The notes beneath the pieces were generated by a model. It was not told the DNA's origin. It searched no databases and saw nothing but the letters and a program-made list of their open reading frames with translations. Below are positions 1-12,580 of a DNA stretch of 64,000 nucleotides, piece after piece. The DNA comes from Eledone cirrhosa. Its lineage: Eukaryota. Made by a program: the position numbers and the translations under genes. The stretch lies in assembly GCA_964016885.1 (NCBI GenBank), contig OZ024741.1, positions 389,918,001-389,982,000 on the forward strand, read 5' to 3'. Every line of letters begins with the position of its first letter. Position 1 is the first letter of the stretch.

Positions 1-1120
1 GATGACGACCTCAAGGCGGCCTCGGAACCGGCTACAAGCCTTCGTCACTGTACCCGACTTAGGCCCTTAAAGGCACCTGTGATCCTGGCTTTCAGATCGT
101 CTTTCGTATTGCAGTTAGATCTGTTGGTGTCTCGTTCAACTGCGCCCCACACAAAGAAGTCGAGGGGGTTGCAGTCAGGTGAGCTGGGAAGCCAGATGTC
201 AGGTGAAGTGTGGTCGACGAAATTCTCTGACAGCCAGGCTTGGGTCTTTCGGTGTGTATGGCAGGGCGCTGAGTCTTGCTGCCACACGTACGGCCTACCT
301 GCAGCTACCCTACCTGGTCGATCCAGGGCTTCACTACCTCACTCAGTACGCGGATGTAGCAATCGGTGTTCAGCTTGAGGCCCTCAGGGAAGAAGTGAGG
401 TGGCATGACATCACCTTGATTGCTGACGACACCTAAGACCAATGTTGTCGCTGGAAACTTTGTCTGCATGACTCTGGGCACGTCTTTGGGTGAGACAGCG
501 AGCCACCTGTTGTTCTGGGAGTTGATCTTCTGGTCTTGGCATGTCTTGGCATGTCTGGCTCCAGTGGATGTTTCAGCTTGTTGATCAGCTTCTTTGCGTG
601 CTTCAGTCGCTTTTCTTGCATCGCCTTTGACAGAAATTGTCCTTTCCTCATCTTGTATGAAATGTAGCGAATGTCTTCATGTACCACCAACCTAATGAGC
701 TTTTCATCCACGCCTTTCTCCCTTGCAATGGCACGCATCGACTTGCTAGGTTCATTGTTGATGATATCCTGAACTTCAGTGACAAACTCAGGCGTTCTGA
801 AGGCATCAGATCGTCGATCATGTGTTTTCCTCTTTGATGTTGTTTCGTAGTCGAATCCTGAATCTTCCAATTCCTTTCTGACCTTTTCCACCATTCTCCT
901 GCTGAAATTTCCTTATTTGTCCTCCCGGCGTGGATTCCAAGAAGAACTCCGTGTCTCTTCCACAAATTTGGTTCAAAATTATTCATAATCAATTATTCTG
1001 AAAATAAATAATGGAAATATAGTCACTGTTTTTATGAAGACAAGAGTGACAACGGAAGTAAAAATAAATTTGCATAAAATTAGCTGTTGAAAATTGCGAA
1101 CAAATATCGTCCACACCCTG
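1..1120 (-). mobile_element. Tc1/mariner-superfamily DNA transposon, DD37D (maT) type, degenerate; runs off the window start
   Basis: ORF pieces 433-894 (HTH-like SMRAIARE) and 45-287 (WQQDSAPCH...WLPSSPDCNPLDFFVWG), with 37 residues between the 2nd and 3rd catalytic D. TIR CAGGGTGTGGACGATATTTGTTCGCAA ends at 1120, followed by TA. Frameshifted, and the first catalytic D region is missing. Confidence 0.88.
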
Positions 1121-1157
1121 TATATACATGTGTTTGTATGAATGTATATGTGTGTAT

Positions 1158-1497
1158 CTTAGTTCCTCCAGTCCCTTGTGGAACATTGGGCGACGAGCTT
1201 CCTCCACTTGATCCTGTCACTGGCGGCCCTTCTAGCACATCTCCAGGTAATTCCCATCTCCCGCAGGTCCTCCCTGAATGTGCTCCGCCATGTTTTCGTG
1301 GTCTTCCCCGTTCTCTCTTGCCACCTTCTGGTACCCAATCCATGGCAATATGAGCAGGTCGATCTGCCGGCAAACGAAGGATGTGGCCCGTGAACCGCCA
1401 TCTCCTTTTCCGGACAATGTCCCTTAACCTCTCCAATCCTGACCTCCTCATCATTTCCTCTGTTGCTAACTTGGTCTCTCCATGAAATTTTCAATAT
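1158..1497 (-). mobile_element. RTE-type LINE 3' fragment
   Basis: Frameshifted ILKISWRD...RRWRFTGHILRLPADRPA...GRPRKTWRSTF, a typical RTE C-terminal region. Confidence 0.75.
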
Positions 1498-4400
1498 GGT
1501 CCAAATGCAACGTAATCTTCACTTTGCTACCATTTTGGCCGAAAAAATTTTCCAGGATTCATAAAAATAGATTCTCTTGCCCCTCAAAATCGCTATTACT
1601 CCCACTCTCTCTAACATATACGTCCCTCTCGCTATCTCACTCCCTAATATAAATAAGAATGTTACGAAGGACAAAATCTCAGAATTTGTCAACTCTTATT
1701 AAATGGTCAGTCGATTTCTACGAAAATGTAATGTATAATATAACATTTTCTTCTTGTCTCCTAAACCTGGTTCATTCATCCATATATATCTACAATCGTT
1801 GTTTTCCTATAATTCCGTCTCACTGTTCTAAATAATCTTCTCCACGCTTGTTCTAAATAATCTTCTCTTTGCTAATTACCCCATTCCCCTCCCGCCCCCA
1901 CTCTCCACCTTTACAATTTGGACCAATCACAAGTCAACGGCCTATGCTATCACTTCTGGCTGCTTTTCAATATGATGGATGGACTAAGGAATTTCTGGAG
2001 AGTCTGAAGAATCTGGACACTCGATGACAATGCCAAAGATAACGACAAATTCACCTCATGCTGCCGGACGAAAGGGCAAGGCCCCCCCCCCTCTTTGTTT
2101 CGGCCGCGGATGGCCAACATAACCCCAAACTCATCCCCCTCACCCCTCCCTGCGCCCCATCCTCCAAACACAATCCAAAACTTCAGAGTTGGTACCATGA
2201 ACGTAGGCACCTTAAAAGGCCGCTCTAACGAGGTTGTAGAATTGCTTGAACATAAGGAGGTTGATGTTTGCTGTATCCAAGAGACCAGGTGGAGGGGCGG
2301 GTCTGCTAGATTCATTGTGGGTAAAAAACGTTGCTATAAGCTTTTCTGGGTGGGAAATGACAATGGGATAGGTAGGGTAGGAATCATGTTAGCAGAAAAA
2401 TGGGTGGATAAGATAATAGACGTAAATAGAGTGAATGACAGAATAATTAAAATAAGACTTGTTCTAAATAGAACTACTGTGACAGTAATATCTGCATACG
2501 CGCCCCAATCCGGACTGCCTGGCACTATAAGACAGATTCTACGAGACACTGATGCTCACTACCTCCCAAATAACCGACAGTGACTATATAATTATTGCTG
2601 GCGACCTAAATGGCCACGTTGGACAACATTGTGACGGCTATGACGGAATCCACGGAGGCTATGGGTTTGGTACTAGAAACGAGGAAGGCTCCAGAATCCT
2701 GGAATTCTGTGATGCAAATAACCTAACTATCTGTAACACTAACTTCAAAAGAAGAGACAATCACTTGATCACCTACAGATCAGGGGAACATACCAGCCAG
2801 GTAGATTATATCCTTACCAGAAGACGTGACAGAGTGTCTGTTGTAAACACTAAATCCCTCCCCCATGAAGAATGCACCTTCCAACATAGACTGATAATTA
2901 GCGACCTCATAGTCAGGATGAGACGTACTAGACAACAGAAGAGGACTATCCTCAGGAGAAAAATATGGAAGCTAAAGGATCCCACAGCCAGAAATAAATT
3001 CCAAAGCATATTACTTGATGCTTTCGAAGGTAAGGAAGAGCAATTGTAGAGGAACAGTGGGAATTCCTGAGAGCAAACCTGCTGATGGCGGCAGACGAAG
3101 TCTGTGGCTGGAGCAGGCCTGTAGGCAGGAGGAGAGTAACATGGTGGTGGAACAGTAAGGTGGAGGGGTCAATCAAGGCCAAAAAGCAGGCTTGGAAAGC
3201 ATGGCGGGATGGGGGAAGTAGAGAAGACTATCAAGTGGCCAGGCGGGAAGCTAGGAGACAAGTGTACTTCGCAAGAAGGGAAGCAGAGGAAAGAAAGTTC
3301 AAGCATGTTCTACAACGCGAGGACCAAAAACGTGAGGTGTTCAGGATTGCTAGGCAATGTGTCAAGGAAAACCGTGATATTGTCGGGGAGAAGTGTGTAC
3401 TTAACGATGATGGCGTACTTGCCATCACCGACGCTGATAAGAAGGTAGCTTGGAAGTGTCACTACGAAAGGCTACTAAATGAGGAGAATAAATGGGAGAA
3501 AGACAGTCTCCCCCAAATCGACCCAATAGAGGGACCAGCAGTGTTAGTCGAAGGTAGTATAATAAGTAAGCAATCAAAGATATGGAGACGGGTAAGGCGG
3601 CTGGGCCTTCGGAAATAGTTGCTGAGATGCTGAAAGCCTCTGGAACGGTGGGACACACCATGGTCACCCGGATAGTAAACCAAGTCATACAGAATGGGGT
3701 TGTTCCGAAGGACTGGCGTAGCAACATCATCGTTAACTGTTACAAGGGTAAAGGAGACGCCCTAGATAGGAGTAACTATAGAGGCATTAAATTAATCGAC
3801 CAGGTCATGAAGGTCACGGAAAAAGTAATAACGCAACTAATCAGAGAGAGAATTGATCTAGATGAAATGCAGTTCGGGTTTGTGTCAGGCAAAAGTACCA
3901 CAGACGCTCTTTTCATTGTACGACAACTACAGGAGAAGTACCTAGCTAAAAGTAAACCCCTATACTTAGCTTTTGTCGACTTGGAGAAAGCCTTCGACAG
4001 AGTCCCCCGTTCCATTATCTGGTGGGCTCTTAGAAAACTAGGTGTTGACGAATGGCTTGTGAGAGCTATACAAGCCATGTATAAAGAAACAGTCAGCAAG
4101 GTTAGAATTAACAACGAATATAGTGAAGAGTTTAGCGTAAAAGTTGGTGTCCATCAGGGCTCTGTTCTTAGCCCCCTACTATTTATTATTGCCCTTCAGG
4201 CTATAACAGAGGAATTCAAGACCGGCTGCCCATGGGAACTCCTATACGCAGATGATCTAACGCTCATAGCTGAATCAATGGCCGAGCTAGAGAAGAAATT
4301 CCAAACATGGAAGCACGGCCTAGAATCAAAAGGCCTTAAAATTAACCCGGCTAAGACTAAAGTTCTAGTTTGTAGGTAAAAAAATAAGGCGCCGGTCCCT

Positions 4401-5581
4401 TCCGGGAAATGGCCATGCCCAGTGTGTAGGAAAGGTGTAGGTAGAAACTCCATTTTATGTCCCAAATGCAAAGTATGGGTGCATAAAAGATGTAGTGGGA
4501 TCACAGGTAAGCTAACTAAGAACAGATTTTACATGTGGCCGGTGCTCTGGTGCAATAAGTAGCAGCAAGTGCCCACAAAATACTAGCTCTTTCAATTGCG
4601 CAGAGGGTTCTATAGAAATAGTGGACAGCTTCCGTTACCTGGGTGACAAAATCAGCAGTGGGGGAGGGTGCTCTGAAAGTACAGTAGCTAGAGTCAGAAC
4701 TGGATGGAAAAAGTTCAGAGAGATTATACCACTATTAGCCGCTAAAGGGTTCTCCCTAAAAATGAAAGGCAGGTTGTATGATGCCTGCATACGAACAGCA
4801 ATGTTGCATGGCAGTGAGACCTGGGCATTGTGTGCAGAGGATATACGCAGACTAGGAGGAACGAAGCTTGCATGCTCCGCTGGATGTGTAATAGTAATAT
4901 ACGTGAACGGCAAAGCATAAACGAACTAAGGAAAAAATTAGAAATAAGAGGGATCAGATGTTTACTCGAGAGAAGGCTACGTTGGTATGGTCACGTGATG
5001 CGCATGAAAGACGACAGCTGTATAACAAAGTGCAGGGCAATAAAGATAGACGGTAGCTACGGAGTAGGTAGACCCAGAAAAACCTGAGACGAACTGATAA
5101 ATTCCGACCTCACACACACCTCTCCAAGACAATGTCACTGGACCGAGACCTTTGGCGGTACTCAGTAATAGAGAAGACCCGCCTTACCTAAATTCAAAGT
5201 AAAACCTACTACAGTCAGTAGGCATCTCTAACAAAATATACCCCGTCCCACCACCCCCACCCCGTCCACACCGCCCCTTTCAATGTAAAGTTATGTTGGT
5301 GACACAACATCCAGGCCGAAACAAATGAGATCGTGTAGGTGTCACGACAAAAAAACACACAGTCCACGCTGTAATGTGGCCGTGTAGGTAACACGGTAAA
5401 AACCTCCCAGTCCCACACTGTAAATGTGGTTGGTGTTAGGAAGGGCATCCAGCTGTAGAAAACCCGCCAGACAGTCCTATGCGAGCAATGACAACCACTC
5501 TTGCCTCAAGTGGGAAAACTCCCTTCCAAACCCATGCAAGCGTGGAACATGGACGTTAAACGATGATGATGATGATGATGA
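1498..5581 (+). mobile_element. Near full-length RTE-clade LINE (APE endonuclease, RT, PHD finger), inactivated by frameshifts and stops
   Basis: APE motifs GTMNVGTL, CIQETRW, AYAPQ, GDLNGHVG, QVDYIL, QHR (2095-3049). RT motifs QFGF, FVDLEKAFD, GVHQGSVLSPLLF, YADD (3582-4379). Cys/His finger at ~4410-4545, RTE C-terminus to ~5190, then a 3' UTR ending GGACGTTAAAC(GAT)n. An in-frame ATG lies at 1972. The 5' limit is uncertain. Confidence 0.9.
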
Positions 5582-5596
5582 TATATATATATATAT

Positions 5597-5943
5597 GGAG
5601 GCACATGGCTTAGTGGTTAGAGCATTGGCCTTGCAATCGAAAGGTTGTGAGTTCAATTCTCAGACCGGGTGATGTGTTGTTTCCTTGAGCAAGAGACTTT
5701 ATTTCACATTGCTCCAGTTTACTCAGCTGTAGAAATGAGATGATAGGGACTAGGGTCCCTATCATTCCACTGCAAAGTGGTCGTGGAGGTGCCACGGCAA
5801 AAGAGCACCCAGCACTCACTGTAAATGAGGTTGGTGTTAGGAAGGGCATCCAGCTGTAGAAATCATGCCAGAATCAGTTCCCGTCCCACCCTTGCAAGCA
5901 GGGAAAAGCGGACGTAAAATGAAATGATGATGATGATGATGAT
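5597..5943 (+). mobile_element. tRNA-derived SINE family A (CORE-like centre, RTE-derived 3' tail)
   Basis: A box TGGCTTAGTGG and B box GAGTTCAATTC. Centre CCTTGAGCAAG..CTT...CTCAGCTGTAGAAATG resembles CORE. The 3' part GTAAATGAGGTTGGTGTTAGGAAGGGCATCCAGCTGTAGAAA...(GAT)n matches the RTE 3' UTR at 5420-5581. Confidence 0.85.
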
Positions 5944-7065
5944 ATATATATATATATATATGGTCGTTTTTGGAAGCCTCTAAAATGCAGATGAATAAAT
6001 CTTAGGGCAACAAGATCAGGTAGTGGTACGAAAAAATAGAATAAAAGAGGAGAGGAGGAAGATAGGAAAAAGAAATGTAAAATGAAAAACCAGAGATGAA
6101 TTTGCCTTAGAATTGATTTATTAGTCCCTATATTTCTGACTTCTCATCCATCATCAGCGTAAGGGGGCAGGGCGAAAAATCCTTGGAGATTGTTGAAAAT
6201 TTACGTGGCCATGTGTTGCTAGTGTCAGTATCAAACTAACTGAAATTAAGCAAACAAATATTATCTATCAGGCACACATGCGAATTCAGTGGGGTCATTT
6301 GAAAGTCAGCAAAAGTTATCAGTGACCACTAAAGCATGGTGTGATATTGTTGTTGGCAGGGTCCATGTACATGCATGAGTGTTATTGTTTCCTTGCATTG
6401 TTGTAGTGGCTCTGGCTGACATGGTAGGTAGATGGGCAAAATATTGGTGGCAGGCATAGCATAGTAGCAGAGCCTGTCTGTCTGATTGTATATAGGCAGA
6501 TAGGCGAAATTTCAGAATGTACATTAATATTCACTCACACATCTGTTATTGTGTGTGTGTCTCGTCGATTGGGTTAGACCAGCCACTGCATTTCACTTCT
6601 TTCAGTTCTGTTGTTGATTGGCAGTTCGTCATTTTATCAAAAGTGCTTCTTTGATCCTTAGTGTCCCAATCTTGCATTCTTTTCTTAACATTCTGATAGT
6701 GGTTTTCATATCATTATTCCCATGAAATAACAATACGGGAACCACATAGAAAAACTCTTAGATTTTTTATATTTTCAGCAACCAAATGAATCTTGTCATA
6801 GCTTCATCGTTCCTTCCTAAGATAAAATTGGTGTTTCACAGACATTCTCACTCATTTTGAAACTTTCTATCACTCCTCTGAAGAGAAGGAATGTACAATT
6901 ATGCAGATATATCAATGTCTGTATATGGATATGGATTATGTGAAATGTTTCATAGCATTTCACATAGTTGGATGTACAACTTGAAACATGTGTAAGGAAA
7001 TAAATATGGTTATAAAAAATAGAAGTTGATTTTTCCATTGATATACTTGTTCATATATATAGAGA

Positions 7066-7397
7066 GAGGCACATGGCTTAGTGATTAGAGCATTGGCCTT
7101 GCAATCGAAAGGTTGTGAATTCAATTCTCAGACCGGGTGATGTGTTGTTTCCTTGAGCAAGAAACTTTATTTCACATTGTTCCAGTTTACTCAGCTGTAG
7201 AAATGAGATGATAGGGATTGGGGTCCCTATCATTCCACTGCAAAGTGGTCATGGAGGTGCCACGGCAAAAAAGCACCCAGCACTCACTGTAAATGAGGTT
7301 GGTGTTAGGAAGGGCATCCAGCTGTAGAAATCAAGCCAGAATCAGTTCCCGTGCCACCCTTGCAAGCAGGGAAAAGCGGACGTAAAATGATGATGAT
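7066..7397 (+). mobile_element. SINE family A copy
   Basis: Near-identical to 5597-5943. Confidence 0.85.
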
Positions 7398-7741
7398 ATA
7401 CACACATGCCTGTATGCATTCTCCCCACACACATACATATATGTGTGTGTATGTGTATGAATGTATATGTCACTGTTTGATTGTATATATATATTATTAT
7501 AGTTGCTTTACAGCATAGAGTTATGGCCCTTTACGTCATGAGTTCAAATCCCGCCGAGGCCAACTTTGCCCTTCATCTCTATGGGGTCGACAAAACAAAG
7601 TACCAGTAATACACTGGGATAATTGTTGGCCCTGTGCCAAAAGTAGAAACAGTTATTATAGTTGTTTTCCTAAGGCCCGATTGTTGTACGGACTCTTTCG
7701 AAAGTCAACAGTTGACATATCTAGTATTAGTAATGACCGTA

Positions 7742-7773
<32 letters not shown>

Positions 7774-8218
7774 TTGTTTGTATGCTTGAGTGTTTGTGTG
7801 TGTGTTTGTGTGTTTGTGTGTGTGTGTTTGTGTGAGTGTTTGTGTGTGTGTTTGTTATATATATGATTGTCACTATGTGAGTTTTTTTTTTGTTTGCTTT
7901 TTTTTCATGCGCGGGGACATAGAAATAATTGGGCTGGACACCCGATTGCACAGTTAAACCACTGGGAGTTAAGGACCCCTAGCCCTTGTCAGGGCATTCT
8001 TCTAGGAGAAGGCAACTCAGGAAACTGGGATAACTCCGATATAAAACCTGCAGCTCAGTAGTTGCCAATGATGTTGATCTTTTCTTCTTTTCGGGTTATA
8101 GCTACTGTCGCTCAGAGAGTGGGATTGGCTCAGTGCAGTCTTTCTTCACTTTAAAAATAATCTTCACACACAGCCATTGCACGATAGAATTAATAATTAT
8201 TAATAGTGTTATTATTAT

Positions 8219-8302
8219 TGCCTTTCATCCTTACGGGGTCGATAAAATAAAGTACCAGTAATGCACTGGGTAATTGCTGGCCTTGTGCCTAAAGTAGAAA
8301 CA

Positions 8303-8333
<31 letters not shown>
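8219..8333 (+). mobile_element. SINE family B 3' fragment ending in (TTA)n
   Basis: TTGCCTTTCATCCTTACGGGGTCGATAAAATAAAGTACCAG...AGTAGAAACAATTATT as in 16967-17159. A further partial copy lies at ~7500-7660. Confidence 0.75.
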
Positions 8334-9555
8334 GGAGTCTGGTTCAGTCCGGACCTCCTGACGGACAAAAACTGGGACGAGGTGACGAGCAAGGTGGCTT
8401 CTCTCACCCAGAAATGGGCAGAGAGTGAGCTATCCCTGAAAGGTCGAGCGGAGGTGGCGAATGTGTACATCGCGTCCATCATCTACTACCACCTGACCGT
8501 CGTACCTTATCCTAAGCCTCGCCTGACTGCGCTGGAGCGTTTGCTCTTTCGCTTTTTGTGGAAGGGACGTGCTCCGATGGTCAGGCGGTTCATCTGCTGT
8601 CGACACCCGTTACGTAGAGGGCTGGGCATGCCGTGGCTGATGATGATCAGGTGTGGTCGCCGTTTGCTATACCAGTCTTTCCACAGCTCGTTTCCTTGAC
8701 GGAGCTGCAGTCCTGGGTCAAGCGAACACCGAGAGGGAGCGCTTGGAGACTGGAATGTCTTCAGGCGCTCACAGCCCTCGACCAGTCGGGCAATGTGATT
8801 GGTGGAAAGTCCACCGTTCTATAGAGGATTAGTGGAGGGGAAGAGCGACGACGTACTTGGGGAAACTCTAGGTGTCGACGAAAATCAACTAGCCAATCTC
8901 TTCGGAAGAACTTTCGGGCCGGGGCCTATGGACAACTTCCAGAAATCCCTGGCCTGGCAGTGCTACCGAGGAGCTTTGCCAGTTCGGGATAAACTCTACA
9001 GGCATGGAAGTGCCGTCAGCCGGGCATGTCCGAGATGCGCGCAGGGCAACGAAACCGTCCTGCATGCACTTGTCCAGTGTCCGAGCATTGCTGACTTGTG
9101 GGTTTATGTCGAACACCTGCTGTCGCGTGTAGGACGGATCCAGCTATCAGCTGAGTCCATCGTGAGGATTGCCCCGCCCTCTTCCTTTAGCCGGGAAGGG
9201 CAGGCAGTTTTTATCTGTCTGGTGGCCATGGCAAAAGAGATAGTATAGAGGACACGTTTGAAAGGGCTGAAGACGAATACTTACCTCTTTAGTGATGCCC
9301 TGATTAACTTTTTCAAATTTCATTTTTAAAGGAAAATCAGGGTAGAGAGGGAAGTGCTCTCTTCCTAGCATTTTGTTGAAAGATAGGTGAGAGAGGCAAG
9401 AATGGCCCGACTGAATGGGGCTACTCTGAGTATGTTCCTGTAAATTGAAGGTGGAACACTGGGAGTGGGCACTTGCCCTGGTGGTCAGGGTCACCGTGGC
9501 TTTTTTTAATGGGCTTTCTCCACGATGGCCCTCGGAAGTCCCTCAGAATATCGGA
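8334..9555 (+). mobile_element. Tx1/L1-clade LINE 3' fragment (post-RT region and zf-RVT zinc knuckle)
   Basis: LSLKGRAEVAN, GLGMP, WQCYRGALPVRDKL..CPRC..ETVLHALVQC; homologous to 18400-19690. Confidence 0.85.
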
Positions 9556-10647
9556 ATGAGACATAGAAAGATGAATTAGAGATAAATCAAAATACAGTAA
9601 ATTAGGGTACGGTCATAGACATACAGTATAATAAGAGAAACAGCAATGTATAAAATGTATCAATATACTCTGGTTTGTAGTTAAGATATATTGATACCTA
9701 ATTTTAATATAATTATTCCTTTTAATTTATCTATTATATATTTATTTCTTGGTATTAGTATCGGTTATGATATTTCGATTACTTATTCACAGTTGTTGTA
9801 GACATGGGGACAATTGGGGTTGGGAGGAGATGGCTGTCACTAATAGTATAACAACCACTGCTTGCCAGGGAGGAGGGGGAACAGGCTACTAGCAGATTTA
9901 GTGACATGAGACTGGGACTGACCAGCACTTAAACCATAATTCTTAGGGTCATCCATGGGCTAGCTGGTGAAGAAAGAATATCAACATTTCCTATATCACA
10001 AAAAGAAAAATTTTTTTAGGGTGTTTTCAAGTTTTTATAGCTTTTTATGCCATCTGAAGAGCTCAGGCTATCAAAATTGTTAGTTCTCAGAAAAATATGT
10101 ATAATGTAGATTTAAATAAACCTAAATCAACTGATTACGGCCTCCAACATTTATAGAATAAGGAAAATGCGAAGTTCGGTGTAGATATTAAAGAGTCTTT
10201 TATTAACAAAGCTGTGACACATATTTCCCTGATGATCGTGGCTACACGCAATATTATCAGATAGCATCTTTATGTAATAAGGTTATGTTTCCAAGGCAAT
10301 CCAATCTAAGGACAAGGGAACGGACAAAAATTATGCTTTTATAGTTGAAGTTCATTCTCTTGTGCAGGCATAGATGTGGAAGACTGGCTGACCATCCATC
10401 TATTACCCACTCCCTGCCAGCAGCTAGGGTCGCAAAGACAAGTCTATTCCACATACAAAGCCCCCTCACCACAGCCAGTGAGGTACTACAGTCACAGAGT
10501 TCAATTCAGCTAAAAGTTTTAGTTTACTGCTTGACTCTCGTCCAGCAGGGGCCAGCACCAATAAGCCGGAAATCCTATTTTATGGTGGGATAACACATGT
10601 CAACACGTTGACTGCAAAAGTTTCCATTGATGAGTGAGTTATTGTTT

Positions 10648-10819
10648 AACCCCCCCCCCCCCCCATCAATATATGTGGATAGATAAATTAATGCTAGGGT
10701 CTAGAAATGAACCCCCCCCCATCAATATATGTGGATAGATAATTAATGCTAGGGTCTCGAAATGAAACCCCCCATCAATATATGTGGATAGATAAATTAA
10801 TGCTAGGGTCTAGAAATGA
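10648..10819. repeat. Three copies of a ~57-bp tandem repeat
   Basis: (C)nATCAATATATGTGGATAGATAAATTAATGCTAGGGTCTAGAAATGA occurs three times. Confidence 0.85.
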
Positions 10820-11472
10820 TAATTGCACATTGAAAATTAAAAAATTAAAACTTCAGAAACAACATGTTAGAAATTAGGGTTCAATATTGAACATTAAATA
10901 TCAAGAACTAATGGTTAACAATTGAATATTATGAGTTAAAAAACTAAGTAGTTTTATATTATAGGAAGTATACGACCTATATAGTGTACGATAGATCGGT
11001 AGAGAAACTTATTAATTGGGTTATTAATTAACATTGCGAACCAGTAACAAACTATAGCAGAGAAATTTAAAATATAAAAAGTAATAATTAATCAATTAAT
11101 TAGTTAATAGAAACCTGGAACAAGATTCTCATGCAAAACCTGACTTTTCTCCACCTCTCACCTTATCGGACCGATAGACAGCCAGTAAATTTATATGCAG
11201 ATTACGGGGACCTGCTAGACCAAAGTACCCATGGAAGTGCACACCAATTTAGTATACCTGCTACATCGTCACTGAGAATATAACTGAACTCACTATAATT
11301 TGTCAACTCTTATCACTTCTATCATGAATCTTTATCTCCATTTTGGCACCTTTCACATATTTTTTCATTTCTTTCATTTTGCATTTTTATTTAATTGACT
11401 GAGTTATTAACTAATTAGTTGATTAGTTATTACATTTTATACTTTAAATTTCTCTGCTATACTTCGTTATTG

Positions 11473-12580
11473 AGGAGTGGCCTGGGGAATGGAAATGACA
11501 AGCAGTGGGGGTATCCACGCCAAGTCGTATGTCCCTCAAGTGTTCAGCAAAATGGCCTGCTAGACAGCAGCCTGTTTGTTTGATGTGTAAGGGCCTGTAA
11601 ATGGAACTCCAGAGGGTATAGACTACATGGGTGGATGTGCAGGTGAAGGAGTGGTCGATACAGAATGAACCATTAGTGCCTGTGAGTGTGGTGAGGTTAG
11701 AAATGAAGAGACAGGATTTACAGTGAGAATGAGAACAGGGATGAGAACTAGGTGAAGTGCTAGGAGAGGAAAGGAAGGAACTGTGTACCAGGAGGTTGCA
11801 GTGATTATGGATGCACTTAAAAGCGGTGATGGGTGGGTTTTGAAAGCGAGAAATGATGGGGTTAGAAGAGAGGGTGCAGGAGCAAAGGAGGATATGTTGC
11901 TAAAGAGGTAGGGTGATGGGGTCGTAGGTGAAGGGAAAAGAAAGGTGGGTGTTGGTGAAGTGAGTGGGCTGTGTTACGGTCAGTTTCACGGGCACAGGTA
12001 AGGAAAGCTTGGATCAGTGTAGGAGGTATCCACGCTGGATGAAGCAAGAGACCATGTGTTAGAACTGGATCCAACGAAGACGGAGGAATTGGGAGTAGAG
12101 TATGGAGAGTTTAGTGTGGGTGGGATAGGAGGAGGTGAAGTCGAGGTAGGTGTGGGAACCAGTGGGTTTATAGAGGTAGAGAGTGTGTGGTCAATAGGGA
12201 GAGAGATGTTGAGATATTGGACTGAAGAGTTAGAGACAGGGGTGGTGAAGGATGAAAAGACTGGACAAAAGAAAGAAAGGAGTTAAGCTGTTCAGAGGAG
12301 AGAGAAGGGGCACTGATACAATCATCATTATAATAACCATATAGCTCAGGAGTCGGACCGGTGAACTGAGTGAAGATCAAGGCCTCAACAGAGCCAATGA
12401 ACAAATTGGTGTAGTTAGGGCCCATTCTTGTACCCATGGTTACCCAGAGACCTGTTGGTAAAACTCTCCAGAAAAGGAAAAAAACCATTGAGAGTGAGAA
12501 TGAGCTCAGCAAGGCGGAGAAGAATAGAAGTTCTAGGATAGGGTGTAGTGCATAAGTCTAAAAAATGTTGGAGAGCATGG
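11473..12580 (-). mobile_element. Old degenerate Penelope-like element (RT + GIY-YIG), a different lineage from 31436-35296
   Basis: MGTRMGPNYTNLFIG..E...YGYYNDD (PLE RT motifs, ORF 12168-12512); downstream FTCTSTHVVY and LHIKQTG..LAGHFAEHLRDI (decayed GIY-YIG). Confidence 0.75.

Noticed and set aside
5597-5670. tRNA-Cys gene
   Set aside because: The tRNA-like head runs into SINE body and tail, lacks a proper acceptor stem and terminator, and is multi-copy.
6125-6165. Minus-strand CTGATGA..GAAA hammerhead candidate (similar weak hits at ~10054, ~10230, ~13257, ~39095-39135, ~50860-50935)
   Set aside because: Stems I/III do not pair or GAAA is lost. They may be fossils but cannot be supported.
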